From contig CALVTR010000004.1 of the NCBI GenBank assembly GCA_944362965.1, positions 43,601-107,600 on the forward strand: a DNA stretch of 64,000 nucleotides. The letters run 5' to 3'. Within the stretch, counting starts at the first letter, position 1, and each line of letters starts with the position of its first letter. Shown here piece after piece: positions 48,976 through 57,512 of this stretch. This DNA is from an uncultured Clostridia bacterium. Its GTDB lineage: Bacteria; Bacillota; Clostridia; Christensenellales; UBA1242. Position numbers and translations under genes: made by a program. The notes below the pieces were generated by a model that ran no database searches, was not told the origin of the DNA, and saw only the letters and a program-made list of their open reading frames with translations.

Positions 48976-49887
48976 TTATAAAACAGTTTGTCCTAAAATA
49001 TCATTATGACCATTTATATAGTCTCTTCCTGAAACCATTTTACCAGACGGAGATTGACAAGATAAAATTTCCACCGCACCGCCATTGCAACCTATGACAA
49101 AATTTTTCTTATTTTGCATGATTCTATTTTGCTCAACACTATATTTTTCAGAAACATCACATGCTTTGTAAACCTTTATTATTTTATCTTCAAGCATTAA
49201 AAAGCAGCCAACTTCTTCAGCAAGCGCTCTCACGCGGTTTACAATTTGTTTGGCTGACTGCGAAAAATCAAGTTTGCCATCTTCCTTATTTATCTTTGAA
49301 ACAAGCACCGCTTTGCTATTATCTTGTGGTAAAAATTTCACGCTGCCATCTTCTATTGACTTAAGCACTTCTATTGTCATTTCACCACCTAAGGTGGCAA
49401 GTTTTTCTTCAAGTTCTAAATAATATTCGCCATTTAGTGCAAATTCTCTTTGCAAAATAATATCACCAGCATCGACTTCTTTCGCAACCTTCATAATTGT
49501 GACACCTGTAACCTTATCGCCATTAAGAATTGCCGATTGAATTGGCGTTGCACCCCTATATTTAGGTAGTAATGATGGATGAACATTGATTGCAAGTTTA
49601 TAATCCAAAAACTCTTGCGGCAATATCTGCCCAAAAGACGCAACAACTGCAACATCATAGTCAATTTTTTTGATTTCTTCCATATGCAGTCTAACTTTAT
49701 CAAAAGTATAGACTTCTATATTATTTGCAAGTGCAAACTGTTTTACTTCTGTTGGCGTCAACTTGTGACCGCGTCCGCTTGGCCGGTCGGGCTGAGTTAT
49801 TACCGCTGAAATATCAACTTTATTTGAAAATAATTTTTGCAAAACTATTTTTGAAAATCTTGAACTTCCTAAAAATAATATTTTCAT
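48976..49887 (-). CDS. fmt: Methionyl-tRNA formyltransferase
   Basis: 303 aa; INVHPSLLPKYRG motif; full-length Fmt layout downstream of def. Confidence 0.93.
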   Translation of the reverse strand: MKILFLGSSRFSKIVLQKLFSNKVDISAVITQPDRPSGRGHKLTPTEVKQFALANNIEVYTFDKVRLHMEEIKKIDYDVAVVASFGQILPQEFLDYKLAINVHPSLLPKYRGATPIQSAILNGDKVTGVTIMKVAKEVDAGDIILQREFALNGEYYLELEEKLATLGGEMTIEVLKSIEDGSVKFLPQDNSKAVLVSKINKEDGKLDFSQSAKQIVNRVRALAEEVGCFLMLEDKIIKVYKACDVSEKYSVEQNRIMQNKKNFVIGCNGGAVEILSCQSPSGKMVSGRDYINGHNDILGQTVL

Positions 49888-49995
49888 TTAATTCTCGCTT
49901 TTTATTTATTTTTTAATAATTTAATTATTTTTTATGATTTTTTGTTATATTTTCAATAATTTTTATTATTTTATATTTTATTTATTATTTTTTAT

Positions 49996-50469
49996 TTAAA
50001 TTTTCCCGCCCTGTTTTAGATATTTATCTTTATCAAGGCATTTATCTATAAAAAGCACTCCGTTTAAATGGTCGACTTCATGGCAGATACATCTTGCAAG
50101 CCATTTTTCACATTTTATTGTGAAAGGATAGCCATATCTATCGCATGCCTTAACAGTGATTTCATAAGGACGTTTTACTCTTCCTCTAAATGTGCCAACT
50201 GAAAGACAACCTTCTTCTTCAATATCTTCACCTTTTTGTGAAATAATCTCAGGATTTATAAGTTCGATAAAAGTATTGTTGACATCAACAATAATAACCC
50301 TTCTTAGTATTCCTACTTGCGGTGCTGCAAAACCCATGCCGTCATTGGCATACATGGTTTCCTTCATATCGTCAAGTAGTTGCCATAGTGATTCGTCAAA
50401 GTCTTTGACTGGTTTTGACTTCTTACGAAGTGTGCTTTCCCCTACATAAACTACATTTCTTATTGCCAT
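49996..50469 (-). CDS. def: Peptide deformylase
   Basis: 157 aa; GFAAPQVG, EGCLS and HEVDHLNG motifs. Confidence 0.95.
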   Translation of the reverse strand: MAIRNVVYVGESTLRKKSKPVKDFDESLWQLLDDMKETMYANDGMGFAAPQVGILRRVIIVDVNNTFIELINPEIISQKGEDIEEEGCLSVGTFRGRVKRPYEITVKACDRYGYPFTIKCEKWLARCICHEVDHLNGVLFIDKCLDKDKYLKQGGKI

Positions 50470-50502
50470 ATTTTTCTCCTTTTTTATATAACGCCTTCTA
50501 TA

Positions 50503-50596
50503 GGCACACGAGCAAAAAGTGCTTTAGCACTTTTTCAAAAAACTGCAAAGCAGTTTTTTAGATTTTGAAAACCTTTTCAAAATCTGCTCGTGTGCC
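50503..50596. repeat. Three-hairpin unit D (between priA and def)
   Basis: Outer GGCACACGAGC / GCTCGTGTGCC. Hairpins: AAAAAGTGC-TTTA-GCACTTTTT, AAAAAACTGC-AAA-GCAGTTTTTT, AGATTTTGAAAA-CC-TTTTCAAAATCT. Confidence 0.8.
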
Positions 50597-50676
50597 GTCC
50601 ATAGCATATTTTGAATTATTATTTTTTCTTAATTTATCCGCCTTGTCATTATTTTCAGACCTATCAAAAATATAAT

Positions 50677-52857
50677 TTATGATAAATTCTGTGGATTAAC
50701 TTCAAAAAACACAGATGTTTTTGAATTTTTGTCAACGATATTGAAAACATCCTCTTCAATTTCATCTGCGCTCGGAAGCTTAAAACGCATCATGATTTGA
50801 TAGCGATATTTATCTTGAATACGTTTTATTGGTGACTTCATTGCATCTAGGTATATTATATCATCACCATACTTATCTTTCAAGCCTTCTATCTCAGTAT
50901 AGCAAATTTTTAAAAGTTCTCGAACATAATTTTCATCATGATCGGCAAAAAGAACCCTTAAAATACGCGTAAAAGGCGGAAATTGTGCGGTTTGCCTTAT
51001 ATTTTCTTCCTTTCTGAAGAACCCTTTATAGTCATAGTTAGATGCAAACTTATAAACATAATGACGCGGCGAATATGTTTGCAAAACAACCTTGCCTTCA
51101 TTTTCGCTTCTTCCTGCCCTCCCTGAAACCTGTGTGATAAGCTGAAAAGTTCGCTCTGTGCTTCGATAATCTGCATGATACAAACTTTGGTCAGCATCAA
51201 CTATTCCAACAAGCACAACATTTTCAAAATCATGACCTTTTGCTATCATCTGCGTGCCAACAAGTATGCTTGGCAAGGTGTTTTTAAACTCGCTAAGTAT
51301 CTTCTGATGTGCATTTTTTGTTGATGTCGTGTCGTTATCCATGCGTAAAATTTTTACATCTGGGAAATACTCTTTTAGCTTATGCACAACTTGTTCAGTT
51401 CCCACCGCACCATTTTTTATATTTTCACTGCCACATTTTGGGCAACGCGTAAGCACCTTATATTGTTTTCCGCAGTAGTGGCATTTTAAGCGGTTATCTT
51501 CTCTATGATAAACTAAGCTGACATCGCAATCCACGCATTTTGCAATATATCCACAATCTCGGCAGCGCATAAAAGATGAGTAGCCACGTCTGTTGATAAA
51601 AATCATTGCTTGTTTTTTATTGTTTATCACATTCGCAAGGTCTGCAAGCAGTTGATTTGAAAAAATACCGCTGTTGCCTGTTCTGATTTCATTCATCATA
51701 TCAATGATTTGAATTTTAGGCAGCTCCTTGCCATTTGCCCGAACAGCAAGTTCAACAAGTTGATACTGCCCTTGTTTTGCCTTCTCGTAACTTTCTATAG
51801 ATGGTGTTGCACTTCCAAGCACAAGCGGACAATGATTGTATCTTGCCCTAAACTCTGCAACGTCATGAGTATCAAAACGCGGATTAGATTCAGAGATATA
51901 ACTTTGTTCATGCTCTTCATCTATTATAATCATACCCAAGTTTTCTATTGGTGCAAAAATTGCAGAACGTGCACCTATTGCAATTCTAGCCTGCCCGCTG
52001 AATATACGTTTCCATTCGTCAAAACGTTCGCCTGCAGAAAGACCGCTGTGCAAAAGTGCAACATTGTCTCCAAAACGTGCCTTGAAATTGGACATAATTT
52101 GCGGCGTAAGTGAAATTTCAGGCACAAGCATAATTGCATTTTTGCCGTCTGAAAGTGCCCTTTCTATTAGATGCATATACACTTCTGTCTTTCCGCTGCC
52201 CGTCACGCCATGCAAAAGATAGGTTTTATCTTCCACTATTGTTTCAAGCGCATTCTCCTGCCCTTTATTTAGCTTAACTTTCTTTGCGTCCATAGAAAGA
52301 ACAAAAGGTGTGCGTTTGACTTCTCTCTTTTCTTTCTGCAAAATTCCTTTATCGCATAAGGCTTTTATCGCACCGTAACCGAACTGTGAAATCTCACTTG
52401 AAGCTGCTCTGCCATTATGTGATTTTAAATATTCAACTATTTCTTGCTGTTTTTTTGCGTTTTTTTGCAGTTTTTCTGCATTTTCTTTGCAAAGTAGGTA
52501 GATTGTTTCAAAAAGCTCTTTAACCTTGCCTTCACGCATTTCTGCCGGAATAAAAAGCCTTAAGATAGATGCAAGTTTAAGATGATTTTTCTTAGCCATA
52601 AACTTCATAAGCTCTATCATCTCAGATTTGATAGCAGAGAAATCTTCAATCTTTGATATGATTTTTTTAAGTTTATTTTCATCATACTCACAGCTGTCAC
52701 TTAGCCCAACCACAAAGCCTTGTAAAACACGACTGCCAAAAGGCACATAAACACGCATGCCAACTTCTATCGTCATTTCCTGTGGCACAATATATTCAAA
52801 CACCTTATCAAGAGCCTTTGCATCTTGGTCTATAATAATTTTTGCAAACTTTGCCAT
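50677..52857 (-). CDS. priA: Primosomal protein N' (replication restart helicase PriA)
   Basis: Helicase motifs [11 protein letters not shown] and DEEH; Cys-rich Zn insert (CRDCGY..CVDCD..CHYCG..CPKCGS). The ORF track starts at 52968, but the typical PriA N-terminus MAKFAKIIID begins at the ATG at 52855-52857. Confidence 0.93.
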   Translation of the reverse strand: MAKFAKIIIDQDAKALDKVFEYIVPQEMTIEVGMRVYVPFGSRVLQGFVVGLSDSCEYDENKLKKIISKIEDFSAIKSEMIELMKFMAKKNHLKLASILRLFIPAEMREGKVKELFETIYLLCKENAEKLQKNAKKQQEIVEYLKSHNGRAASSEISQFGYGAIKALCDKGILQKEKREVKRTPFVLSMDAKKVKLNKGQENALETIVEDKTYLLHGVTGSGKTEVYMHLIERALSDGKNAIMLVPEISLTPQIMSNFKARFGDNVALLHSGLSAGERFDEWKRIFSGQARIAIGARSAIFAPIENLGMIIIDEEHEQSYISESNPRFDTHDVAEFRARYNHCPLVLGSATPSIESYEKAKQGQYQLVELAVRANGKELPKIQIIDMMNEIRTGNSGIFSNQLLADLANVINNKKQAMIFINRRGYSSFMRCRDCGYIAKCVDCDVSLVYHREDNRLKCHYCGKQYKVLTRCPKCGSENIKNGAVGTEQVVHKLKEYFPDVKILRMDNDTTSTKNAHQKILSEFKNTLPSILVGTQMIAKGHDFENVVLVGIVDADQSLYHADYRSTERTFQLITQVSGRAGRSENEGKVVLQTYSPRHYVYKFASNYDYKGFFRKEENIRQTAQFPPFTRILRVLFADHDENYVRELLKICYTEIEGLKDKYGDDIIYLDAMKSPIKRIQDKYRYQIMMRFKLPSADEIEEDVFNIVDKNSKTSVFFEVNPQNLS

Positions 52858-53004
52858 ATATAGCAAAATTATATCATATTTAAAAGACTTTAACAAGTTA
52901 TTTGTTAACACATAAAAAACTCTTATCGAAATGTTGTTTAAAGTTTTTAACTTTAACCCCATTCCCAATAAGAGCTTTTAACTATTTTTTATACGAACAA
53001 GTTT

Positions 53005-54963
53005 TTAATTCTTAAACCAATAATATTGACAATAAGTTGTTTTCAAATAAGTTGCTGCAGTTGTCGAATTAGATAAATCAACTGTGATTGCTGTTAAGTC
53101 TGAACCACTTATTGAAGAAGAATATCCCCACCCATCAGGATCATCAAAAGTTACATTAGTAAGATTACTGCAACCATCGAAAGTAGCACTACCTATACTT
53201 GTCACACTGCCTGGGATTGTTATATTTGTTAAGTTACTGCAATTATAGAAAGCTCGAGCGTCTATACTTGTCACACTGTCTGGGATTGTTATACTTGTTA
53301 AACTACTGCAATCTTCGAAAGTTCGAGCGCCTATACGTGTTACCCTGTCTGGGATTGTTATACTTGTTAAATTACTGCAACCCTGGAAAGCCATAGAAGC
53401 TATACTTGTCACACTATCTGGAATAGTTATACTTGTTAAACTACTGCAGCCTTCGAAAGATTGAGAGCCTATACTTGTCACACTATCTGGAATAGTTATA
53501 CTTTCTAAATTACTGCAAATAAAGAAAGCAGAATCATCTATTATTGTCACACCTTCTAGGATTGTTATACTTGTTAAACTACTGCATTGATAGAAAGCAC
53601 GATAACCTATAGCTATGCAAGTATCTTTTATTGTATAATTTGTTATTGTTGTTGGTGCATCAACAAGATAGATATATTTGGTATTATCATTCCCTAAATA
53701 ACTTACTTCTTCTTCATCTACATTATATTCTAAACTATCGCAATCTTCGAAAGCTCTACCACCTATACTTGTCACACTAGTAGGGATTGTTATACTTGTT
53801 AAATTACTGCAACCAGAGAAAGCATACCTACCTATACTTGTCACTCCTTCTGGGATTTCTATACTTGTTAAACTACTGCAACCTCGGAAAGCAGCTTCAA
53901 GTATACTTGTCACTCCTTCTGGGATTTCTATACTTGTTAAACTACTGCAATTATAGAAAGCATAAGTTCCTATACTTGTCACTCCTTCTGGGATTGTGAT
54001 ACTTTCTAAATTACTGCACCCCTCAAAAGCAGAACCACCTATACTTGTCACGCTAAATTCATAAGGTGAAGTGACTGACCTATATATTGCTGATGGGATT
54101 GTTACTTCAGTTGCACTTGTATTACAATCTGATACACTTGCTGTGCCTGATGAAGTGGTATAACTATATTTTAAATTACTATTAGCTGTTTCAAATATCG
54201 CATAATAGGTTGTTGGTGATTCTTCGGTGAAGGTGAAGGTGTAGTCTAGCGAATATGAAACCAAATCTTCTGCTTCTAAGCTTGTTTTCCAACCTAAGAA
54301 GTCGGCATCAACGCCTACGAAATCGGCTGATATCGTAACTTCGTCGCCATACTCTGCAAATGCACCTTGTGCTTGTCCTAAGGTTTCGTCAGATGATATT
54401 GCTATAATATCTGGCTGAGCTTCGTCTATTGTGACTGTTATCTCACTTAAATCTATTCTAGCAGAGTTTGGTGCCATGATTGTTAAGGTTAGTGTGCCAT
54501 CTGCTTGTGTTGTTGCAGGGTCAAATTCTTTAAAGCCGTCTTCATCTGCGTCGGTTAGGTCATTTACGCCAATTATCCCGCCATGTCTTTCTGACACACC
54601 ATCATTTGCAAGAGCTCCTAAATCTACACTTTCTATTGACCACAGAATATCCGTTGCATTGATTATATCAAAATACAAGATAAAAGAACCGTGACCATTC
54701 TCTTCTGTCTCTAAAGACGTTAAGTCCATATTAAAGTTTCCATTTATGTAACCCGGTGTGAAGCTATCAACAACAATCTCTTCACCACCCGCTTCTTGAT
54801 ACCTGACTTCTTTAACAAACAAGCTTCTATCAGGCACGACAAAGCTTAAATTGCCTTGTATGCTTATTTGCTGCTGCGTCGCTGCATATACCCCAAGTAT
54901 CAACGCCCCTAGCATAAGCATAAATAGTGAAATTGTGGATATCAATTTTACCTTTAAACTCAT
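53005..54963 (-). CDS. Secreted/surface leucine-rich-repeat protein (BspA-type LRR), paralog 2
   Basis: 652 aa; signal MSLKVKLISTISLFMLMLGALILGVYAATQ; about 11 copies of the 23-aa repeat ITIPDSVTSIG..AF.GCSSLTS; homologous to 7788-9065. Confidence 0.85.
   Translation of the reverse strand: MSLKVKLISTISLFMLMLGALILGVYAATQQQISIQGNLSFVVPDRSLFVKEVRYQEAGGEEIVVDSFTPGYINGNFNMDLTSLETEENGHGSFILYFDIINATDILWSIESVDLGALANDGVSERHGGIIGVNDLTDADEDGFKEFDPATTQADGTLTLTIMAPNSARIDLSEITVTIDEAQPDIIAISSDETLGQAQGAFAEYGDEVTISADFVGVDADFLGWKTSLEAEDLVSYSLDYTFTFTEESPTTYYAIFETANSNLKYSYTTSSGTASVSDCNTSATEVTIPSAIYRSVTSPYEFSVTSIGGSAFEGCSNLESITIPEGVTSIGTYAFYNCSSLTSIEIPEGVTSILEAAFRGCSSLTSIEIPEGVTSIGRYAFSGCSNLTSITIPTSVTSIGGRAFEDCDSLEYNVDEEEVSYLGNDNTKYIYLVDAPTTITNYTIKDTCIAIGYRAFYQCSSLTSITILEGVTIIDDSAFFICSNLESITIPDSVTSIGSQSFEGCSSLTSITIPDSVTSIASMAFQGCSNLTSITIPDRVTRIGARTFEDCSSLTSITIPDSVTSIDARAFYNCSNLTNITIPGSVTSIGSATFDGCSNLTNVTFDDPDGWGYSSSISGSDLTAITVDLSNSTTAATYLKTTYCQYYWFKN
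53150..54100 (-). repeat. Tandem 69-bp (23-codon) LRR coding repeats
   Basis: ACTTGTCACAC(T/A)..GGGATTGTTATACTTGTTAAA(C/T)TACTGCA recurs about every 69 nt. This also produces antisense repeat-artefact ORFs in the track. Confidence 0.85.
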
Positions 54964-55061
54964 ATTACCATATTCTCCTTTTAATTTTGAGTTTTTTCTT
55001 TAGTTTGTTAAAATACAATGTTTTTATGTAAATTTTGTCAATTTTTGTATTTTACAGCCTT

Positions 55062-55090
55062 AATATAGCACTTTTTAAAAGTCTTGTCAC
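55062..55090 (-). promoter_or_regulatory. Proximal extended -10 promoter candidate for LRR gene 2
   Basis: Minus strand reads GTGACA, 17 nt, TGCTATATT. Positionally homologous to 9150-9178. Confidence 0.5.
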
Positions 55091-55533
55091 AGGGGTGACG
55101 GCACGATGCCGTCAAATCACGACCCGAATTTTTCAAGCCTGCTGTTCGACGATTGTCCGATTAAGAGTGTCTAAGTTTTAAACTACATCTCCGCTCTCTA
55201 AGCCTAACGCTTGGCGGTTATACGGCAGAGTGAGAATAAGAGATAAGCTATGTCTCCGCTCTTAAGCCAAATGTTTGACGGCTGTCCGGCAAACTTAGTT
55301 TGCATCACTGTCCGATAAAGTGAATATAAGAAACAAACTTTATCTCCGCTCTCTAAGCCTAACGCTTGGCGACTATCCGGCAGAGTAAGTTGAAAAAATA
55401 AACTTTGTCGCCGCTCTCAAACCTTACGTTTGGCGATTGTCCGCGAGCCAGATGCTCGGCGACTGTCCCTGAGCTAATTGAAAGCACAAACCTTATCTAC
55501 CATGTCTTTGCTTGCGGAGCGAGCGTTGCCGCA

Positions 55534-55628
55534 GGTGCGAGAAGGCATAAAGGCTGACAAGCCTTTTGGAAGGCAAAAAGTTTTTGCCTTCTTGTGCATT
55601 TTGAAAAAATGCACATGCCTTCTCACAC
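55534..55628. repeat. Three-hairpin unit E (interior inverted relative to unit A)
   Basis: Outer GGTGCGAGAAGGCAT / ATGCCTTCTCACAC. The interior (55549-55614) matches the reverse complement of 9504-9567 with only a few substitutions and indels. Confidence 0.85.
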
Positions 55629-55678
55629 TCGCGGCGAAGCCGCTCGCGATGGACATAGTATGTCCATCTTTTGCTATT

Positions 55679-55708
55679 AGTATACTCCCCCCCCGCAACC
55701 CTTGTCAA
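55679..55708 (-). promoter_or_regulatory. Promoter-like box with a homopolymer in the spacer (R2)
   Basis: Minus strand reads TTGACA (55703-55708), an 18-nt spacer containing G8 (C8 at 55687-55694 on plus), then TATACT (55679-55684). Confidence 0.45.
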
Positions 55709-56142
55709 CAAATTTTAAGCATTTTTTAAAAAAATTTTTATTTTTTTTGAATTTTTGCGGATTTTTGGTTTGAGAGCGGAAATATAGTTTATGTTTTAGG
55801 GTTGCTCTATCGGATAGTCGTCGAACATTTGGTTCGGTGCCTTAGGCACTTTTTATCGACAAGTGTATCTTTAACGCTGAGTTTATCAGTTCCATGAGAG
55901 CGGGGATAAAGTTTATACTCGTAACTCATCCTGCCGGACAATCGCCAAGCGTTAGGCTTGGTGGCTTAGCCACATTTTGTCGTCTAGTGCGTCCATAACG
56001 TCGAGTTTTTCAGTTCCAGCTTAGCCACTTCCTTTTGATAATTTTTCCTATCTCCACTTTATATGAATAACTTTTCATAGCTATAATTTCCTTGTATAAC
56101 CCCTTTCTTTTTCACTTCAGCTTATAATTTGTTTTTCCGCCG

Positions 56143-56242
56143 CAGGCAAGCGAATGGGTGATTTTTTAACAAAAAATCACAATAGGCAAAACTAGTTTTG
56201 CCTATCAAAAAACTCTTACGAGTTTTTTCATTCGCTTGCCTG
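56143..56242. repeat. Three-hairpin unit F
   Basis: Outer CAGGCAAGCGAATG / CATTCGCTTGCCTG (extendable to about 23 bp). Hairpins: GTGATTTTTT/AAAAAATCAC, ATAGGCAAAAC/GTTTTGCCTAT, AAAAAACTC/GAGTTTTTT. Confidence 0.8.
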
Positions 56243-56317
56243 TGGCGAAGAAAATTTACATTATGTTACTCGAGCAATCTAAAATAAAACCCTAAAAATA
56301 TCCGCATATTGATATAC

Positions 56318-56355
56318 AAAAAAAGCATCTAAGGAAAACCTTAAATGCTTTTTTT
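56318..56355 (-). terminator. Bidirectional hairpin terminator after rpoZ
   Basis: A7, stem GCATCTAAGG, loop AAAA, stem CCTTAAATGC (1 mismatch), T7. Confidence 0.6.
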
Positions 56356-56385
56356 CGTTTTTTATATTCATTAAGTTTTTTATAT

Positions 56386-56601
56386 TTATTTGTTATCGTC
56401 ATCTGGCATATCACTTGGAACAACTTTTCCACTTGCAATCTCTTCACAAGCAATACTTATTGCCTTCTTATCTTTATCAGCAAGTTCAAGTCTGCTTACG
56501 CTTTCAATTTCCTTAGCACGCTTTGTGATAACTGTGCAAAGCACATACTTATTGTTTTTTGTTTTACTTAAAAGCACGTCTATTGATGGTTCAATCATCA
56601 T
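56386..56601 (-). CDS. rpoZ: DNA-directed RNA polymerase subunit omega
   Basis: About 71 aa; PSIDVLLSK..NKYVLCTVITKRAKEI matches the RpoZ N-terminal signature. GAGGTGA RBS favours the ATG at 56599-56601 over the GTG at 56610. Confidence 0.85.
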   Translation of the reverse strand: MMIEPSIDVLLSKTKNNKYVLCTVITKRAKEIESVSRLELADKDKKAISIACEEIASGKVVPSDMPDDDNK

Positions 56602-56730
56602 AATAATCACCTCTAAAAAATATTTCTACGCTAAATTATAACATAAGATTATCGTTTTGTAAAGCATTAAAAGGAATTTTTTATAAATCACAGCTTAAGT
56701 TAAAGGTTTTTAAGCAATTTTGACTATAAT

Positions 56731-57426
56731 TTATTCGTTTTCAACCTGTTCTTTGCAATATTTTTGTAGCATCTCTTCCATTACGTCAAGCAGTTTGAAT
56801 GAATCTTTTGTCATTTTAGGGTTTTGTGCACTGCTGTCAGCTCTGCCAACCATGAGAAGATATTCCATGATTTTCCTTCCATCGCCAGCAACGCTGAACT
56901 CCTTTATATAATCTTCAATAAGCCCCATCGTCAATAATTTATGATATTTATTGTTATCCTTTGAGAGTGTTATAAACATAAAAATATCATGATTTTTTAT
57001 AAGCAAACTGATAACCTGTTGCTCTTTTTCATCAAAATTTAATAGCGGTAGAACTCTTCTTGCTATCTTTTCACTCTCTAAATTATGATTGAAAAAGCTG
57101 TCCACTTCCCTGCCATAAAGTTTTGAGTAACGCCTTATATAGCACTTAGGTTTGCCAATATCATGCAAACACATTGTATAGGCAAGCTGACGGCGAGTAA
57201 CGCTATCATAGTCTTTATCAAGCTTATTTATCGCTTCAACTGAGTGCAAAATATGGTCTAGACAATTATAGATATGCCAAGCATTGTCCTGCTTTTGATT
57301 TTTGCAAGCTTCAATCTCTGGCAAGATAGATAAAAGCCAGGCCTTAAATTCACTATCATTATAATTTTTATAAAACTCATCTTTAACATTGTCGCTAAGC
57401 AATATTTTATCTAATAACTTTATCAT
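56731..57426 (-). CDS. HD-domain phosphohydrolase family protein
   Basis: 231 aa; H..H then LHDIGKP (HD motif) and a later NHD. No further assignment possible. Confidence 0.65.
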   Translation of the reverse strand: MIKLLDKILLSDNVKDEFYKNYNDSEFKAWLLSILPEIEACKNQKQDNAWHIYNCLDHILHSVEAINKLDKDYDSVTRRQLAYTMCLHDIGKPKCYIRRYSKLYGREVDSFFNHNLESEKIARRVLPLLNFDEKEQQVISLLIKNHDIFMFITLSKDNNKYHKLLTMGLIEDYIKEFSVAGDGRKIMEYLLMVGRADSSAQNPKMTKDSFKLLDVMEEMLQKYCKEQVENE

Positions 57427-57473
57427 AATTTATTCTTTAGATTATTTTAACCCTTTTTATATAAAATTTCAAT

Positions 57474-57501
57474 AAAAAAGACCACAAAATGTGGTCTTTT
57501 T
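57474..57501 (-). terminator. Bidirectional hairpin terminator after ppdK
   Basis: A-run, stem AGACCAC, loop AAAAT, stem GTGGTCT, T-run. Confidence 0.65.
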
Positions 57502-57512
57502 GAATAAAATAA

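Larger units (their letters stand above)
55086..56247. repeat. Composite G+C-enriched modular repeat block R2
   Basis: Homolog of R1 with more modules. Direct M units have CCGCTCT at 55191, 55256, 55346 and 55411. Also a three-hairpin core, a promoter-like box, inverse M units, two W modules (55851-55893, 55975-56017) and a second three-hairpin unit. Confidence 0.85.

Noticed and set aside
53199-53999. Plus-strand ORFs with repetitive LGLLYLLNYCN peptides (53199-53396, 53787-53999).
   Set aside because: These are antisense read-through of the 69-bp LRR coding repeats. The periodic peptide is an artefact of the tandem repeat on the opposite strand.
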